Shown: positions 1 through 10,344, counted from the stretch's first letter. The stretch: DNA of 64,000 nt from an uncultured Clostridia bacterium (GCA_944342015.1 CALVMC010000003.1:88708-152707); one strand, 5' to 3'. Notes: a model not told the origin generated them from the sequence alone. Numbers and translations are program-made.

Positions 1-1553
1 TTTTCAAAGCAAAGTTCTTTTCCCTTAAAGGTAAATAATTTCTGAATATGACCGTCGGTTTTTTTTGAAGATTTTCTTTTGGAAAAGGAAAAGCCGAAAA
101 GTCTTTTAATCTTTGACTTGCTGTCCGTCGGTTTTTCGTTACCCTTGTTTTCCGTTCCGCTTTCGTCGTTTGAATTTTGTATAAACTCCTGTACTTCTTT
201 TTCGGAACATATTTCAGATACTTTTTTGATAAATTGTTTATAGTTTTCGATAAGCTGCTTATCGGAAATATAATTTTTGAAATATAGTTTGTCTAAAATA
301 TCGGAAATTTTTTCTTTGAAAACTTTTATTCTGTCTTTAAAGATTTTTTTGGTTTTTTCCCCATCTTCTTTCAAGGAATAAAATTCTTTTTTTATATCTT
401 CGTAAATATCGGAATTTTCAGAAGATTTTTTATTCTGACTTTCGGAAGAATTGTCCTTTACGGAAATATCCTTTTCCGCATCGATTTTCAAATCCTGATT
501 TTCAAAAACGGTATTCGAGCCGTTCTGTCTTTCCGTAAAACCTGCTTGTATTTCGGAAAATGTTTCGCTGTCGATATTTTCGCCGTTTTGAAGATAAATG
601 ATTTCGGCATTGTCCGAAATCTCCTTTTCGGTGTTCTTGTTATCGGATTTTTCGTTTTTGTTTTTTTTCGGATTAGTTTTTTTGTTAATTTTAAAAAGAC
701 CTTCGCTTTCCTTTTTACATATAAAAATATAAACAATAACAAGCAAGGGTACAAATATTATACCTGCTATAAGATAAACAACCAAAATCGGAACCGAAGT
801 ATACGGATTGTAAGAGAAGATGTCAAAAGCGAGAGCGAGTATATTATTTAAAGAATGAATAATTATAGGCGCAATAATAGTATTTGAAGAAAGAGTAATT
901 AAGGCAAGTACGATACCTAAAAGAAACTGATAAAAAAGCTGATAAATATTTCCGTGCATAACTGCGAACATAAGGGAGGAAAAAAGTACTCCGAAAAGTT
1001 TTCCTTTTCCCGAAAGCCCGGAAAGCAAGGCTCCCCTGAAAAGAAATTCTTCGCAAATCGGCGCAAGCAAGCCCATAACTATAAAAGCGGTAACTATTCT
1101 TGTCGGAGTGTTTATAAGCGGAGTATTGACCGTTAAAGTCACCGAAGAAACAAAACCCGAAACTATTTTTTCGAATGCGTAATTAATGGTTCCCAGACAG
1201 TAAATACAGACAATAGTAATTATGATTAAAAATAAAAGTTTGAGATAACTCATATTGCAGTGAATTCTGAGCGAAGTTCTTAACTTGACGCCGTTCATTC
1301 TCGAATACAGAATCGTAACCGAAATAAAAACAATCTGATTGCTTATTATAAGTATCCAGAGAAAAACCTGGCTGCCGGTAATAAGTTCTGCGGAAATACG
1401 GGCAAAGAAAGCGTATGCATAAACGACGCCTATCAATAAAATCTGAACAAGATAAATTGCACAAAGAGCGATACCGAAAAGCAAAGCCGCTTTCTGAACA
1501 GAAAGAACATATCTTTTCTCTTTAAGAAATAATTTTTCTTCTTCCGTCAACAT
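1..1553 (-). CDS. CPBP/CAAX (Abi) family intramembrane metalloprotease with long hydrophilic C-terminal region; runs off the left edge
   Basis: Not in the ORF track (no stop in window). Manual translation from ATG at 1553: MLTEEEKLFLKEKRYVLSVQKAALLFGIAL... with CPBP motifs EEFLFRG, FAVMH and HSLNN; open to position 1. Confidence 0.85.
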   Translation of the reverse strand, partial: MLTEEEKLFLKEKRYVLSVQKAALLFGIALCAIYLVQILLIGVVYAYAFFARISAELITGSQVFLWILIISNQIVFISVTILYSRMNGVKLRTSLRIHCNMSYLKLLFLIIITIVCIYCLGTINYAFEKIVSGFVSSVTLTVNTPLINTPTRIVTAFIVMGLLAPICEEFLFRGALLSGLSGKGKLFGVLFSSLMFAVMHGNIYQLFYQFLLGIVLALITLSSNTIIAPIIIHSLNNILALAFDIFSYNPYTSVPILVVYLIAGIIFVPLLVIVYIFICKKESEGLFKINKKTNPKKNKNEKSDNKNTEKEISDNAEIIYLQNGENIDSETFSEIQAGFTERQNGSNTVFENQDLKIDAEKDISVKDNSSESQNKKSSENSDIYEDIKKEFYSLKEDGEKTKKIFKDRIKVFKEKISDILDKLYFKNYISDKQLIENYKQFIKKVSEICSEKEVQEFIQNSNDESGTENKGNEKPTDSKSKIKRLFGFSFSKRKSSKKTDGHIQKLFTFKGKELCFE

Positions 1554-1560
1554 AAGTCAC

Positions 1561-2940
1561 CTACAAAAGAGAAACAGTCCCGAGTATGAACTGAACGAGA
1601 AGTATTATTGTCGCAAACACAAAACCGCCGAAACTGTTTTCTTTCTTTTTTTCGCTTTCTTCGAAAAGTTTTTCTTTGTATCTTTTTTTATTGGATTTCA
1701 AAAGAGCGTCGTGCTGTAAAATCTCGTCGTTGTAAGCCGGTTTATAATTAATGTTTTTTTCGGAATCATTATTATCGGTATCCGATATTTCTGCAAGTGC
1801 GGAATTTACGGCAATTGCAGCCTCGTCTTCGGAAAGATAAAGAACTCCTTTATCTGCCTTTTCCTTTATATCGTAGTCGTAAAACAATATATCGAGTATT
1901 GCGCTCGGCCTGCTTTTACCGCTGAGGTGGGCTATATCCTTTTCTTTTTTCACGGTATTTTTTTCTTTTCTGTTTACCCCTTCTTTTTTTACGATATAAG
2001 AGCCTTCTTCATATAAAGTAAATTCGTCTCCGAAAGAAAGGCTTTTTTGTTCGCTATTTGAAATATTATAGAATTTTTCCGGAAATTTAGCTTTTACCCT
2101 TTTCAGATAATAAAGAGTCAAAAGCCAAAGAACTGCGATAATAATTGCAATGGACGCAAAACCTGCGATAACGCTGAATAAAAATCCCGAAGTAACAGGC
2201 ACATTAAAGTAAGACATAAACAAAACGAAAATATTATTTACAGCATGCATTATAACGGACGGAAAAATAGAGTTCGAGACGATATCGACATAAGCCATAA
2301 CCGAACCCATTACGAAAGGATAAAAAAACTGAACGGGATTTGCGTGCATAAGTGCAAACAGAAAAGCCGAAAAGAAAACAGCCATAAATTTATTTTTTTT
2401 AGCGAGTCCGAAAAGCACCGCTCCTCTGAACAATACTTCCTCTCCTATTGCAGGAAAAATTCCGACAAAAACAACCGCCAAAGCGAACTTCCAACCTTCA
2501 TCGAAATAAAAAGCAGTGTTAAGATTTTCTTCCATATTGCTTATGCCCGGGATTTCGGAAATTGCCATATTTAATAGTTCCCCTACATAAAGACAGCAAA
2601 AAACGAGAACTATACTTGCAACGGCGGTAATTAACGGAATTTTAAAATTAAGTTTAAGTCCGTTATGTAAATCTATATTATATTTTTTTATGAACCAGAA
2701 AACCGTTAACGCAAAAACCAACTGCGGTGCGATTAAAGAAATCCACTCGGTCAATGTGCCGTAATTCTGAGAAGAAAGATTTTGGTTAAGATTTTCAAAT
2801 CCGCCGTCGGAAAGAGCTTCCATAACGGCTATAATCCCGAGAACAAGACTTACGGCAAGCAAAATCAAAGAGGCGCAAGAAAGAGTATTGCCTGCGCTTT
2901 TGATTGTAAAAGACGGAATTTTTCTACTGTCTTTTGCCAT
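1561..2940 (-). CDS. CPBP/CAAX family intramembrane metalloprotease
   Basis: Multiple hydrophobic helices; motifs GEEVLFRG, FALMH, HAVNN. Confidence 0.9.
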   Translation of the reverse strand: MAKDSRKIPSFTIKSAGNTLSCASLILLAVSLVLGIIAVMEALSDGGFENLNQNLSSQNYGTLTEWISLIAPQLVFALTVFWFIKKYNIDLHNGLKLNFKIPLITAVASIVLVFCCLYVGELLNMAISEIPGISNMEENLNTAFYFDEGWKFALAVVFVGIFPAIGEEVLFRGAVLFGLAKKNKFMAVFFSAFLFALMHANPVQFFYPFVMGSVMAYVDIVSNSIFPSVIMHAVNNIFVLFMSYFNVPVTSGFLFSVIAGFASIAIIIAVLWLLTLYYLKRVKAKFPEKFYNISNSEQKSLSFGDEFTLYEEGSYIVKKEGVNRKEKNTVKKEKDIAHLSGKSRPSAILDILFYDYDIKEKADKGVLYLSEDEAAIAVNSALAEISDTDNNDSEKNINYKPAYNDEILQHDALLKSNKKRYKEKLFEESEKKKENSFGGFVFATIILLVQFILGTVSLL

Positions 2941-3724
2941 AAATCCTCCCGAAATTACAAGGTTTTTTCTGCAACGCTATCTGAATTTCCGCATCGTCTT
3001 CTTTTATTTTATTTTCTTCGAAAATTTTGCCGTATGCCGAACGGACATGAATTTCCGTATTGTTTTCTTCGCTCAGGTGAGCGAACATTACAGCCTTTGT
3101 CCCTTGCTTGATAAGTTCCGCCGCAAGGCCGGCACCGCTCTCGTTCGAAAGATGGCCGAAGTCGGAAAGTATTCTTTCTTTAAGTTTTTCGGGATATTTC
3201 ACTCCGCTTTTCAAAAGTTCTATATCGTGGTTGGTTTCGATAACCGCTGAGTCGCAGCCTTTAAGATTTTCCATAACCCCTTCCGTAACCTTTCCTAAAT
3301 CTGTTGCGACGGCGGTTTTTTCTCTGCCGTCCTCTACCGTAAACCCTACGGGATAGACGGTATCGTGCGGAATACGGAAAGGAGTAATTTTAAAATCCCT
3401 GAAATAAAAAGGTGAGTCCCCGAAGGTTCTGACTTTAAGCCTCTTTCTATCCGCTACCCTTTCCATAAAGCTTTTAAAAGCCTTCTCGTGCACGAAAACA
3501 GGAATATTATAACTTTGCGAAAGAGCCTCGACTCCTTTTATAAGGTCTGTATGTTCGTGCGTGATTATTATGGCGGAAACCCTTTCTATTCCTACTCCTT
3601 TTGCTCTCGTCAGAAATTCTTTGACGCTGAGTCCCTGGTCGCAAATTATACAGTCACGACCTTTTCTTATGAATATTGAATTTCCTTTGCTTCCGCTTGC
3701 AAGCGTTCCCGTTTCGAGTTCCAT
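2924..3724 (-). CDS. MBL-fold metallo-hydrolase, YycJ/WalJ-like
   Basis: LASGSKGN start, DQG, THEHTDL (HxHxDH variant), PHD, ATDLG, ETNHD, GHLSN, AHLSEENN motifs. Confidence 0.85.
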   Translation of the reverse strand: MELETGTLASGSKGNSIFIRKGRDCIICDQGLSVKEFLTRAKGVGIERVSAIIITHEHTDLIKGVEALSQSYNIPVFVHEKAFKSFMERVADRKRLKVRTFGDSPFYFRDFKITPFRIPHDTVYPVGFTVEDGREKTAVATDLGKVTEGVMENLKGCDSAVIETNHDIELLKSGVKYPEKLKERILSDFGHLSNESGAGLAAELIKQGTKAVMFAHLSEENNTEIHVRSAYGKIFEENKIKEDDAEIQIALQKKPCNFGRIYGKRQ

Positions 3725-4008
3725 TATATATCCCTTCTGTTAAGTTGCCCGTAATAATTCACGATGATGCCGTAATCGACACGGAAATTATATTCTTCGA
3801 ATTTGGATTTAATAAAATCACACTTCAAAGTAATTCGTTAAATTTCTTTGATTTCCTTCTCGGTTATGTTATACTATATTTTACCGATATTTAAATCCGG
3901 TATATAAAAAAATATTTCGATACTACATAAAAGATACCAAAAAGTATCCGTATTGATTTTTATTATAACATTATATTAAATATTTATCAATATGCAGGAG
4001 AAATTTTT

Positions 4009-5466
4009 ATGAGTCTGTGTACCTTTTCTAACGAATATTTAATCAAAGGTTCAACAATGGTTGACAATATTTTTATATCCGATTATCTTCCGAAGGCAAC
4101 GGGAGACCAGGTTCGAGTGTATCTTTACGGACTTTTAATGTGCAATGTAACCGAAGGTAAAGACAATAACATACAAAGCTTTGCGGAAGAACTCAATATG
4201 GAAATAGACGATGTCTATAAAGCCTTTACCTTTTGGAAGGAACTCGGTCTTGTGGAAATAGTTTCCAAAAATCCACTCGAAGTCAGATATATCCCGATAC
4301 TCAGCGCAAAAGCAGAACCTAAAAAATATAAGGCGTCCAAATATTCCGAATTCAATAAAGAACTTCAAGAAATGTTCCCCGAAAGAATGATAACGCCAAC
4401 CGAATACAATACCTATTACGATTTAATCGAAACACAGAAAATAGATATCGCCGCTATGCTTCTTATCGCAAAGTACTGCATAAGCATTAAAGGTTCTAAT
4501 GTAAAATACCCTTACATTATAACCGTCGCAAGAGATTGGGCAAAAAACGGAATAACTACCGTTAAATCGGTTACCGAAACGATAGAAGAGCACGAAAAAC
4601 TTACCGAAGAAGTCAAAGCCGTTCTTGCCGCATTAGGTAAAAAATCTCCGCCCGACTTTGAAGACAAACAACTTTATATCAAATGGACGAAAAACTGGGG
4701 ATACAATTCGGAAGCAATAATTTTAACTGCTAAATCTTTTAAAAACAGAGGCAGTATGGAAAAGCTCGACAAGGTACTCGACGAGTATTACAGAATGGGA
4801 TTATTCACATCTCAGGAAATAACCGACTTTATGAAAGAGCGCAATAAAATGTACGATATTGCAAAAACCGTTAATAAAAATCTCGGACTTTACTATGAAT
4901 CTTTGGACTATATCGTCGAAAGTTATATATCCAAGTGGCTGGAACTCGGTTTTGACGAAAAAGCACTTTTTACCATTTCCGTTTACTGTTTCAAAACAAG
5001 CATACGAACCCTCGAAGGAATGAATAACGCAATTCATAAATTTTACGGACTCGGTCTTTTAACTACCGAAGCCATAAACTCTCACATAAATAAACTTGCC
5101 GAAAGAGATAAGGTAATTTCGGAAATAATTTCGCTGAGCGGAAGTTTAAGAAACATTACCCAAACCGACAGAGATTACTTTAATACCTGGCACAACGAAT
5201 GGGGACACAGTATAGACCTTATAAAATATGTAGCAAAAGCCGTTTCAGGTCAGTCGCACTCTTTCAGGCAAATGAATCTTTATCTTGCCAAATTCAAGGA
5301 CGAAAAAATATTTACCCTTGAAAAAGCGCAAAACAGCAATATACTCAATTCGGAAATTACTACCGACGGCAAAAAGAAAGACTCGAAAAATTATATTAAA
5401 CACGAATACACCAAAGAAGAACTTGAAAGTTTCTTCTATGATATAGATAAACTCAGCGAGGAATAA
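4009..5466 (+). CDS. DnaD/DnaB-domain replication initiation and helicase-loading protein
   Basis: N-terminal VDNIFISDYLPKATGDQVRVYLY and repeated DnaB_2-like segments (YIITVARDWAKNGITT); directly upstream of a DnaC-like ATPase. Confidence 0.8.
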   Translation: MSLCTFSNEYLIKGSTMVDNIFISDYLPKATGDQVRVYLYGLLMCNVTEGKDNNIQSFAEELNMEIDDVYKAFTFWKELGLVEIVSKNPLEVRYIPILSAKAEPKKYKASKYSEFNKELQEMFPERMITPTEYNTYYDLIETQKIDIAAMLLIAKYCISIKGSNVKYPYIITVARDWAKNGITTVKSVTETIEEHEKLTEEVKAVLAALGKKSPPDFEDKQLYIKWTKNWGYNSEAIILTAKSFKNRGSMEKLDKVLDEYYRMGLFTSQEITDFMKERNKMYDIAKTVNKNLGLYYESLDYIVESYISKWLELGFDEKALFTISVYCFKTSIRTLEGMNNAIHKFYGLGLLTTEAINSHINKLAERDKVISEIISLSGSLRNITQTDRDYFNTWHNEWGHSIDLIKYVAKAVSGQSHSFRQMNLYLAKFKDEKIFTLEKAQNSNILNSEITTDGKKKDSKNYIKHEYTKEELESFFYDIDKLSEE

Positions 5467-5470
5467 TATT

Positions 5471-6379
5471 ATGGATAAAATTACCGATATAATTCTCGGC
5501 GAAATGCAGAACGATTTATTTGCAAGAAAAAATCTTGTCCGCATAAATATGGAAAAGGCGTATAAAAATACCGATTTTAAAAAAGCCGATATCGCATACC
5601 GTGAAGCATTGCTTTCAAATATGACATCGAAAAACGAAGAAAGTCAAAAGAAACTCGACAATGCCCAAAAAAAGCGTGCCGCCTGCGCAAAAAAAGCGGG
5701 AATAGATTTAGAAAGTCTCGAAGTAAAATACAACTGTTCTCTTTGCAAGGACAAGGGAATAAAAAAAGACGGCTCCCTTTGTAAATGCGTATTGCAGAAA
5801 ATCAAAAATTATAAAATCAAAGAGAATAAAAAACAAGGTTTCGATTTTACCTTTGAAATGAATAAAATAGCTTCTATGAAGGTTAAGCAATCGGCAGCCC
5901 TTTCCAAAATTTATAAGCACATGGAAGGTTTCTGTAAAAGGTTCCCCGAAACAGATTTTTTAAACTATCTCATAGTAGGTGGAGTGGGAGTCGGTAAAAG
6001 CTGTCTTTTAAGCGCAGTCGCCAACGAAATGCTTAAAAAAGGACGCAGCGTCAATTTTACGACGGCTTTTTCTATGAATAAAGCATTTTTGGATTATCAT
6101 CTGTCATCGGGTATCCGTTCTCTCTCCCCTTTTACCGAACCTGAACTGCTTATTATCGACGATTTGGGAAGCGAGCAGATATTTAAAAATGTAACGGTGG
6201 AATACCTTTTCTGTATATTAGACGACAGAATAAGAAATAAAAAACATACGATAGTAAGCAGCAATCTCAATTTTTCAATGCTCGAAGAAAGATACACTCA
6301 AAGAATTACATCACGCCTTAGCGCAAAAGAAAATTCCTGCCTGTTAAATATAGACGGCGACGATTTAAGAACAAAATAA
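5471..6379 (+). CDS. DnaC/DnaI-family helicase loader ATPase
   Basis: Zn motif CSLCKDKG...CKC, Walker A GGVGVGKS, Walker B LLIIDDLGSE, TIVSSNL, RITSRL. Confidence 0.88.
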   Translation: MDKITDIILGEMQNDLFARKNLVRINMEKAYKNTDFKKADIAYREALLSNMTSKNEESQKKLDNAQKKRAACAKKAGIDLESLEVKYNCSLCKDKGIKKDGSLCKCVLQKIKNYKIKENKKQGFDFTFEMNKIASMKVKQSAALSKIYKHMEGFCKRFPETDFLNYLIVGGVGVGKSCLLSAVANEMLKKGRSVNFTTAFSMNKAFLDYHLSSGIRSLSPFTEPELLIIDDLGSEQIFKNVTVEYLFCILDDRIRNKKHTIVSSNLNFSMLEERYTQRITSRLSAKENSCLLNIDGDDLRTK

Positions 6380-6716
6380 TATCTTGTGAAAATTAACCGC
6401 ACCGCTTTCAATCATACTTTTAAATAAAATGATTTTAAAAAAATCTGAATGCGACGCTTATACTAAATAACCGTCTAACTAATAAAGTAAAAATGATTGC
6501 GACGGCAAACTAGTTACTAACGGATAAACCTTTAAACAAATAAAGGTATAATATGGAAAACAAAAGAGAATAAAATCGTTGACATAATCGATAAATTTAT
6601 TTATACTTTTGTTGTTCGCTTTTTGAGAAGAAACAGAATTTTAAAATTATTTATTATGCTTTATCGAATAAATAATTTAATCGGAAAGTTTTTTTAACTG
6701 AATTAAAATTTAATAT

Positions 6717-6792
6717 GCTGCTGTGGCACAGTCGGTAGCGCACATCCTTGGTAAGGATGAGGTCACGGGTTCAAGTCCCGTCAGCAGCTCCA
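6717..6792 (+). tRNA. tRNA-Thr(GGT)
   Basis: Acceptor stem GCTGCTG/CAGCAGC, anticodon arm CATCC-TTGGTAA-GGATG, T-loop GGTTCAAGTCC, encoded CCA; 76 nt. Confidence 0.97.
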
Positions 6793-6797
6793 AAAAC

Positions 6798-6864
6798 AAA
6801 AATCGCTAAAACCTTTTAGTTTACGCAAGCTCTGCTTATAAATAAAGGGATTTAGCGATTTTTT
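6798..6864. terminator. Probable bidirectional terminator between tRNA-Thr and the convergent cupin operon
   Basis: Inverted repeat AAAAATCGCTAAA ... TTTAGCGATTTTT followed by a T-tract. Confidence 0.55.
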
Positions 6865-6924
6865 CTTTTCAATTCAATCACTATTCCGTTAATAGGCTTT
6901 GAAAATCAATGCTGTAAAATACAT

Positions 6925-7356
6925 TTATTTTAAATTATTATATTCTTCGTCAGTTACGGGGTTTAGCCATTCGGTAGAAGTCTCTTCGCCGTTCATTTCC
7001 ACCGCTATATGAGAAAACCAGCTGTCATTTTTTGCTCCGTGCCAGTGTCTGACATTTGCAGGTATGGTAATTACCTTTCCGGGAACAAGGGACACGGCTT
7101 CTTTGTTTTCTTCTTTATACCACCCTTCCCCTGCCGTGCAAATTAAAATCTGACCGCCGCCCGATTTTGCTTTATGTATATGCCAGTTGTTTCTGCACCC
7201 CGGCTCAAAAGTTACATTTGCCATAAACAAGCCGCACTTAATATCGGTTAAAGGATTAAGATAGGATTTTCCGATAAAATATTTTTGATACTGAACATTT
7301 TCCCTTCCTAATCCGAAAACATTCTGTTTATTAAATTCTTTTTCTTCCATTGCCAT
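6925..7356 (-). CDS. Cupin domain protein
   Basis: NVTFEPGCRNNWHIH...GGQILIC...G and IPANVRHWHGA cupin motifs. Confidence 0.9.
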   Translation of the reverse strand: MAMEEKEFNKQNVFGLGRENVQYQKYFIGKSYLNPLTDIKCGLFMANVTFEPGCRNNWHIHKAKSGGGQILICTAGEGWYKEENKEAVSLVPGKVITIPANVRHWHGAKNDSWFSHIAVEMNGEETSTEWLNPVTDEEYNNLK

Positions 7357-7676
7357 TATTCCTTACCGTAAACTTCTTCTATTAAAGGGAAGACGCTCCA
7401 AGCCTTAGGCCAACCGGCATAGAATGCAAGGTGAGTTACGGTTTCCACGATTTCCTCCTTTTTCAGTCCGTGCCTTTTTCCTATCTCAATATGGGCTTTT
7501 ACCTGCGGATAGAGTCCCTGCGCCATAAGTGCGCTTATGGTTATTAAACTTCTGTCTCTTAAAGAAAGTTCCTTTTCTCTTGCCCAGACTTCACCGAACA
7601 AAACATCGTCGTTAAGTTCTGCAAATTTCGGGGCAAGTTTTCCGAGTATATCTCTTCCTGCCGTCTGTTTTTCCAT
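7356..7676 (-). CDS. Carboxymuconolactone decarboxylase (CMD/AhpD) family protein
   Basis: DDVLFGEVWAR, LSLRDRSLITISAL, HLAFYAGWPKA. Confidence 0.9.
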   Translation of the reverse strand: MEKQTAGRDILGKLAPKFAELNDDVLFGEVWAREKELSLRDRSLITISALMAQGLYPQVKAHIEIGKRHGLKKEEIVETVTHLAFYAGWPKAWSVFPLIEEVYGKE

Positions 7677-7687
7677 AACCTTTCTCC

Positions 7688-8203
7688 TTATTGATTGTTT
7701 TCGAAGATAACCGTTTCTTCGAGATTTTTTCTTACAGTGTGCATAGGATTTCCCGTATAACTTTTATCCGCATATCCCATAGGTATAAGACAAATCGGTT
7801 CGATATTATCGGGCAAATTAAACTCCCTTTTTGCTCCGTCTATATCGAACCTTCTTACCCAAATATTGTCGACTCCCAAATTTGTAGCTTCTAAAACGAT
7901 ATGCGTAGCGACTATGCAGGCGTCGGTTTCGTATGTCGAATACTCTCCGTCGGACCAGGCAATGCTTCTATCCGAGCAAACAAATAAAACTGTCGGCGCA
8001 CCGTATCTGCACGGGGAAATTTTGTCAATTTTTTCCAAAGACCGTTTAGAGCTTAAAACATAAATTTTTTGCGGTTGCAAGTTTTTTGCGGTAGGCGCAA
8101 GACTTGCAGTTTTTAAAATTCTTTCCAAGGTTTTTTGCGGAATGTTTTTTTCGCTGAATTTTCTTGTTGCCGTTCTCTTTTTAACAACTTCTTCGAATTC
8201 CAT
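7688..8203 (-). CDS. Nitroreductase family protein
   Basis: KRTATRKF, APTAKNLQP, LEATNLGVDNIWV, IPMGY, RK near C-terminus. Confidence 0.9.
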   Translation of the reverse strand: MEFEEVVKKRTATRKFSEKNIPQKTLERILKTASLAPTAKNLQPQKIYVLSSKRSLEKIDKISPCRYGAPTVLFVCSDRSIAWSDGEYSTYETDACIVATHIVLEATNLGVDNIWVRRFDIDGAKREFNLPDNIEPICLIPMGYADKSYTGNPMHTVRKNLEETVIFENNQ

Positions 8204-8204
8204 A

Positions 8205-8504
8205 TTAATCTCCTTTTATTTCCGAGTATTTATAAGCTTTCATTTTTATTTTATATTTATCTTTTAACTTTTCTATTTCTTTCATAAGCGGTGATTTATG
8301 GTGCTGTTTTAACGCATTTTCGTCTTCCCAGCAATCGATTAATAAAACTGTATCGTTATTTTCCAAAGGATAAAAATATTCATATCTTTTATTTCCTTTT
8401 TCCTTTCTTATTCTGTCTACTATTCCGCTTGAAATCATTTCTTCGGCAAACCTTCTTGCGCTTCCGTTTTGACCTTTGTAGTAGATATTGATAACTAAAT
8501 CCAT
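8205..8504 (-). CDS. Antibiotic biosynthesis monooxygenase (ABM) family protein
   Basis: IRKEKGNKRYEYF...VLLIDCWEDENALKQHHKSP. Confidence 0.85.
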   Translation of the reverse strand: MDLVINIYYKGQNGSARRFAEEMISSGIVDRIRKEKGNKRYEYFYPLENNDTVLLIDCWEDENALKQHHKSPLMKEIEKLKDKYKIKMKAYKYSEIKGD

Positions 8505-8617
8505 TTTTATATTCCTTTTTTAATTGTATTATTAATAATAAAATTTTACACGGTATCAAATTACTGTTTTAAGGCAAAATAATTTTAACAATAAAAGCTG
8601 AATAAGCTATTATCGTA

Positions 8618-9091
8618 TCAGATGTAGGTCTTTGCCCAAAGTAATAATTCACGGGAATCGGAAGTTGGGGAAAATCTTTTACCTTTTTCGACAACGGCGT
8701 TTTTTGCGACAGACTGAATATATTTATAAGTGTCGCCCATTCCGCTGCCGCCGGATGTCGCAAAAGGAATTATTCGTTTGTTTTTAAAATCATATTGTTC
8801 CAAAAAGGTATCGACTACCGAAGGTTCTCTGTACCACCAGATAGGAAACCCTATAAAAATGTTATCGTAGTTTTTTATATCAAAATTTATTTTGATAATT
8901 TCGGGACGGGAATTAATGTCCGCCATTTCGAGAGAACTTCTCGAATTTTTATCTGTCCAGTCCAAATCTTTGTCGGTATATTTTTGTCGGGGTACTATTT
9001 CAAATATATCCGAGCCTATTGCTTCCGCAAGTCTTTTTGCAAGTTTTTCGGTTACTCCGCTTGCACTGAAATAAACTACTGAATTTTTCAT
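8618..9091 (-). CDS. Flavodoxin (Flavodoxin_4 type)
   Basis: VYFSASGVT, FIGFPIWWY, PFATSGGSG. Confidence 0.92.
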   Translation of the reverse strand: MKNSVVYFSASGVTEKLAKRLAEAIGSDIFEIVPRQKYTDKDLDWTDKNSRSSLEMADINSRPEIIKINFDIKNYDNIFIGFPIWWYREPSVVDTFLEQYDFKNKRIIPFATSGGSGMGDTYKYIQSVAKNAVVEKGKRFSPTSDSRELLLWAKTYI

Positions 9092-9104
9092 TTTAAACTC
9101 CTTA

Positions 9105-9650
9105 TTAAAACAGATATTTATTATAAAATTCCGCTATTTTATCGAAAGGAATTACATTCATATTGTCATATAAATCGGTATGAACCGCATTCGGAATAAT
9201 CAGCAATTCCTTGTTTTCTCCTTTAAGTTTTTTAAAGGCGTCTTTACTGAAATAACAGGAATGCGCTTTATTTCCGTGTATCATTAAAACTGCGCTTTTG
9301 ATTTCATTACTGAAAGTAAGTATAGGCATATTTATAAAAGAAAGAGCCGAAGTTTTGTTCCAGCCGCCGTTAGAGTTTAAAGAACGCTTATGGTATCCCC
9401 GTTCAGTTTTGTAATACATATAGTAATCTTTAACGAACTTAGGTGCGTCGTCAGGCAGCGGGTCAACTACTCCGCCTGCAAGTTCATAATCTCCTTTTTG
9501 ATAATCGATAGTTCTTTGAGCATTGAGACTTTGCTTTAATTTATACCTTTCTTCCTCATCGGTCTTATCAAAGTACCCGTAAGCGTTAACTCTCGACATA
9601 TCGTACATTGTCGAAGTTACCGTTGCTTTTATTCTCGTATCGATTGCGGC
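9105..9650 (-). pseudogene. C-terminal half of an alpha/beta hydrolase; N-terminal half deleted
   Basis: Frame extends upstream of the ATG at 9608 as AAIDTRIKATVTSTMYDMSR; retains MIHGNKAHS and AVHTDLYD but the nucleophile elbow and N-terminus are absent. Confidence 0.8.
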
Positions 9651-9895
9651 AACATATCGTAAAAAGAATCAGCCGTGCTGTTTTTTTCCGGAATTACTTC
9701 AAAGATTGTGTTATCAATTTTGATTTTCATAAACCCACCTTCGTTATCGTTTAACTCGATATCTTCATCGTCATTTACAGGATTTTCCGTTTCGCTGCCC
9801 GATGGCAAGTTTGAATAATTTTCATTATTGCAAGAAGAAAGTGTAAACACAAAACAGAAAATGCAAAATATACTCAATATTTTTAAATATTTCAT
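9629..9895 (-). pseudogene. Lipoprotein with a truncated cyclophilin-like-fold domain
   Basis: Lipobox LSSC, acidic linker, then MKIKIDNTIF...NSTADSFYDMLP, after which it runs out of frame into the hydrolase remnant. Confidence 0.65.
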
Positions 9896-9906
9896 ATTCC
9901 ACCTCT

Positions 9907-10344
9907 CTACTGATTTTCAATTTGAAAAACTTTATTTATTTCCTTCTCGAACTCTTCCAACTCCAAAATCAGGTTATCTGCATTTTTTTCAATTTTCGTA
10001 AAAACCTGTTTTTCCAAATCAAATAATTTTACTAAAAGTCTATCGGAAAAATTCTGACCTGCTTTTGTAAGAGTAATATTCATTTCTCTTTTTTTACCGC
10101 CTATTTTAAGCAATTTCACAAGTTTCTGTTTTTCCAAATCTTTGATTATGGTATTTATGGTTGTTAACGGCAAATCCCATTCGTTACATATTTCTTTTTG
10201 CGTATGCGGTTTATTATCGCTTAAAGCATACATAATCCAAAGCAAATTAGCTTTTACATTTTCTTTTTTGGCAAATTCGGAATAATAACCGTCTATTCTG
10301 TAAATGATTTTACCAAAATTATAAAAAAATTCTCTGCTGTCCAT
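9907..10344 (-). CDS. MarR-family transcriptional regulator
   Basis: TQKEICNEWDLPLTTINTIIKDLEKQKLV wHTH, KREMNITLTKAG wing; heads the redox operon. Confidence 0.88.
   Translation of the reverse strand: MDSREFFYNFGKIIYRIDGYYSEFAKKENVKANLLWIMYALSDNKPHTQKEICNEWDLPLTTINTIIKDLEKQKLVKLLKIGGKKREMNITLTKAGQNFSDRLLVKLFDLEKQVFTKIEKNADNLILELEEFEKEINKVFQIENQ

Noticed and set aside
488-1464. Short ORFs at the left end
   Set aside because: Shadows of the minus-strand CAAX protease starting at 1553
4009-6379. DnaD + DnaC pair as a prophage replication module
   Set aside because: No phage genes nearby; this pair is a normal chromosomal arrangement in clostridia
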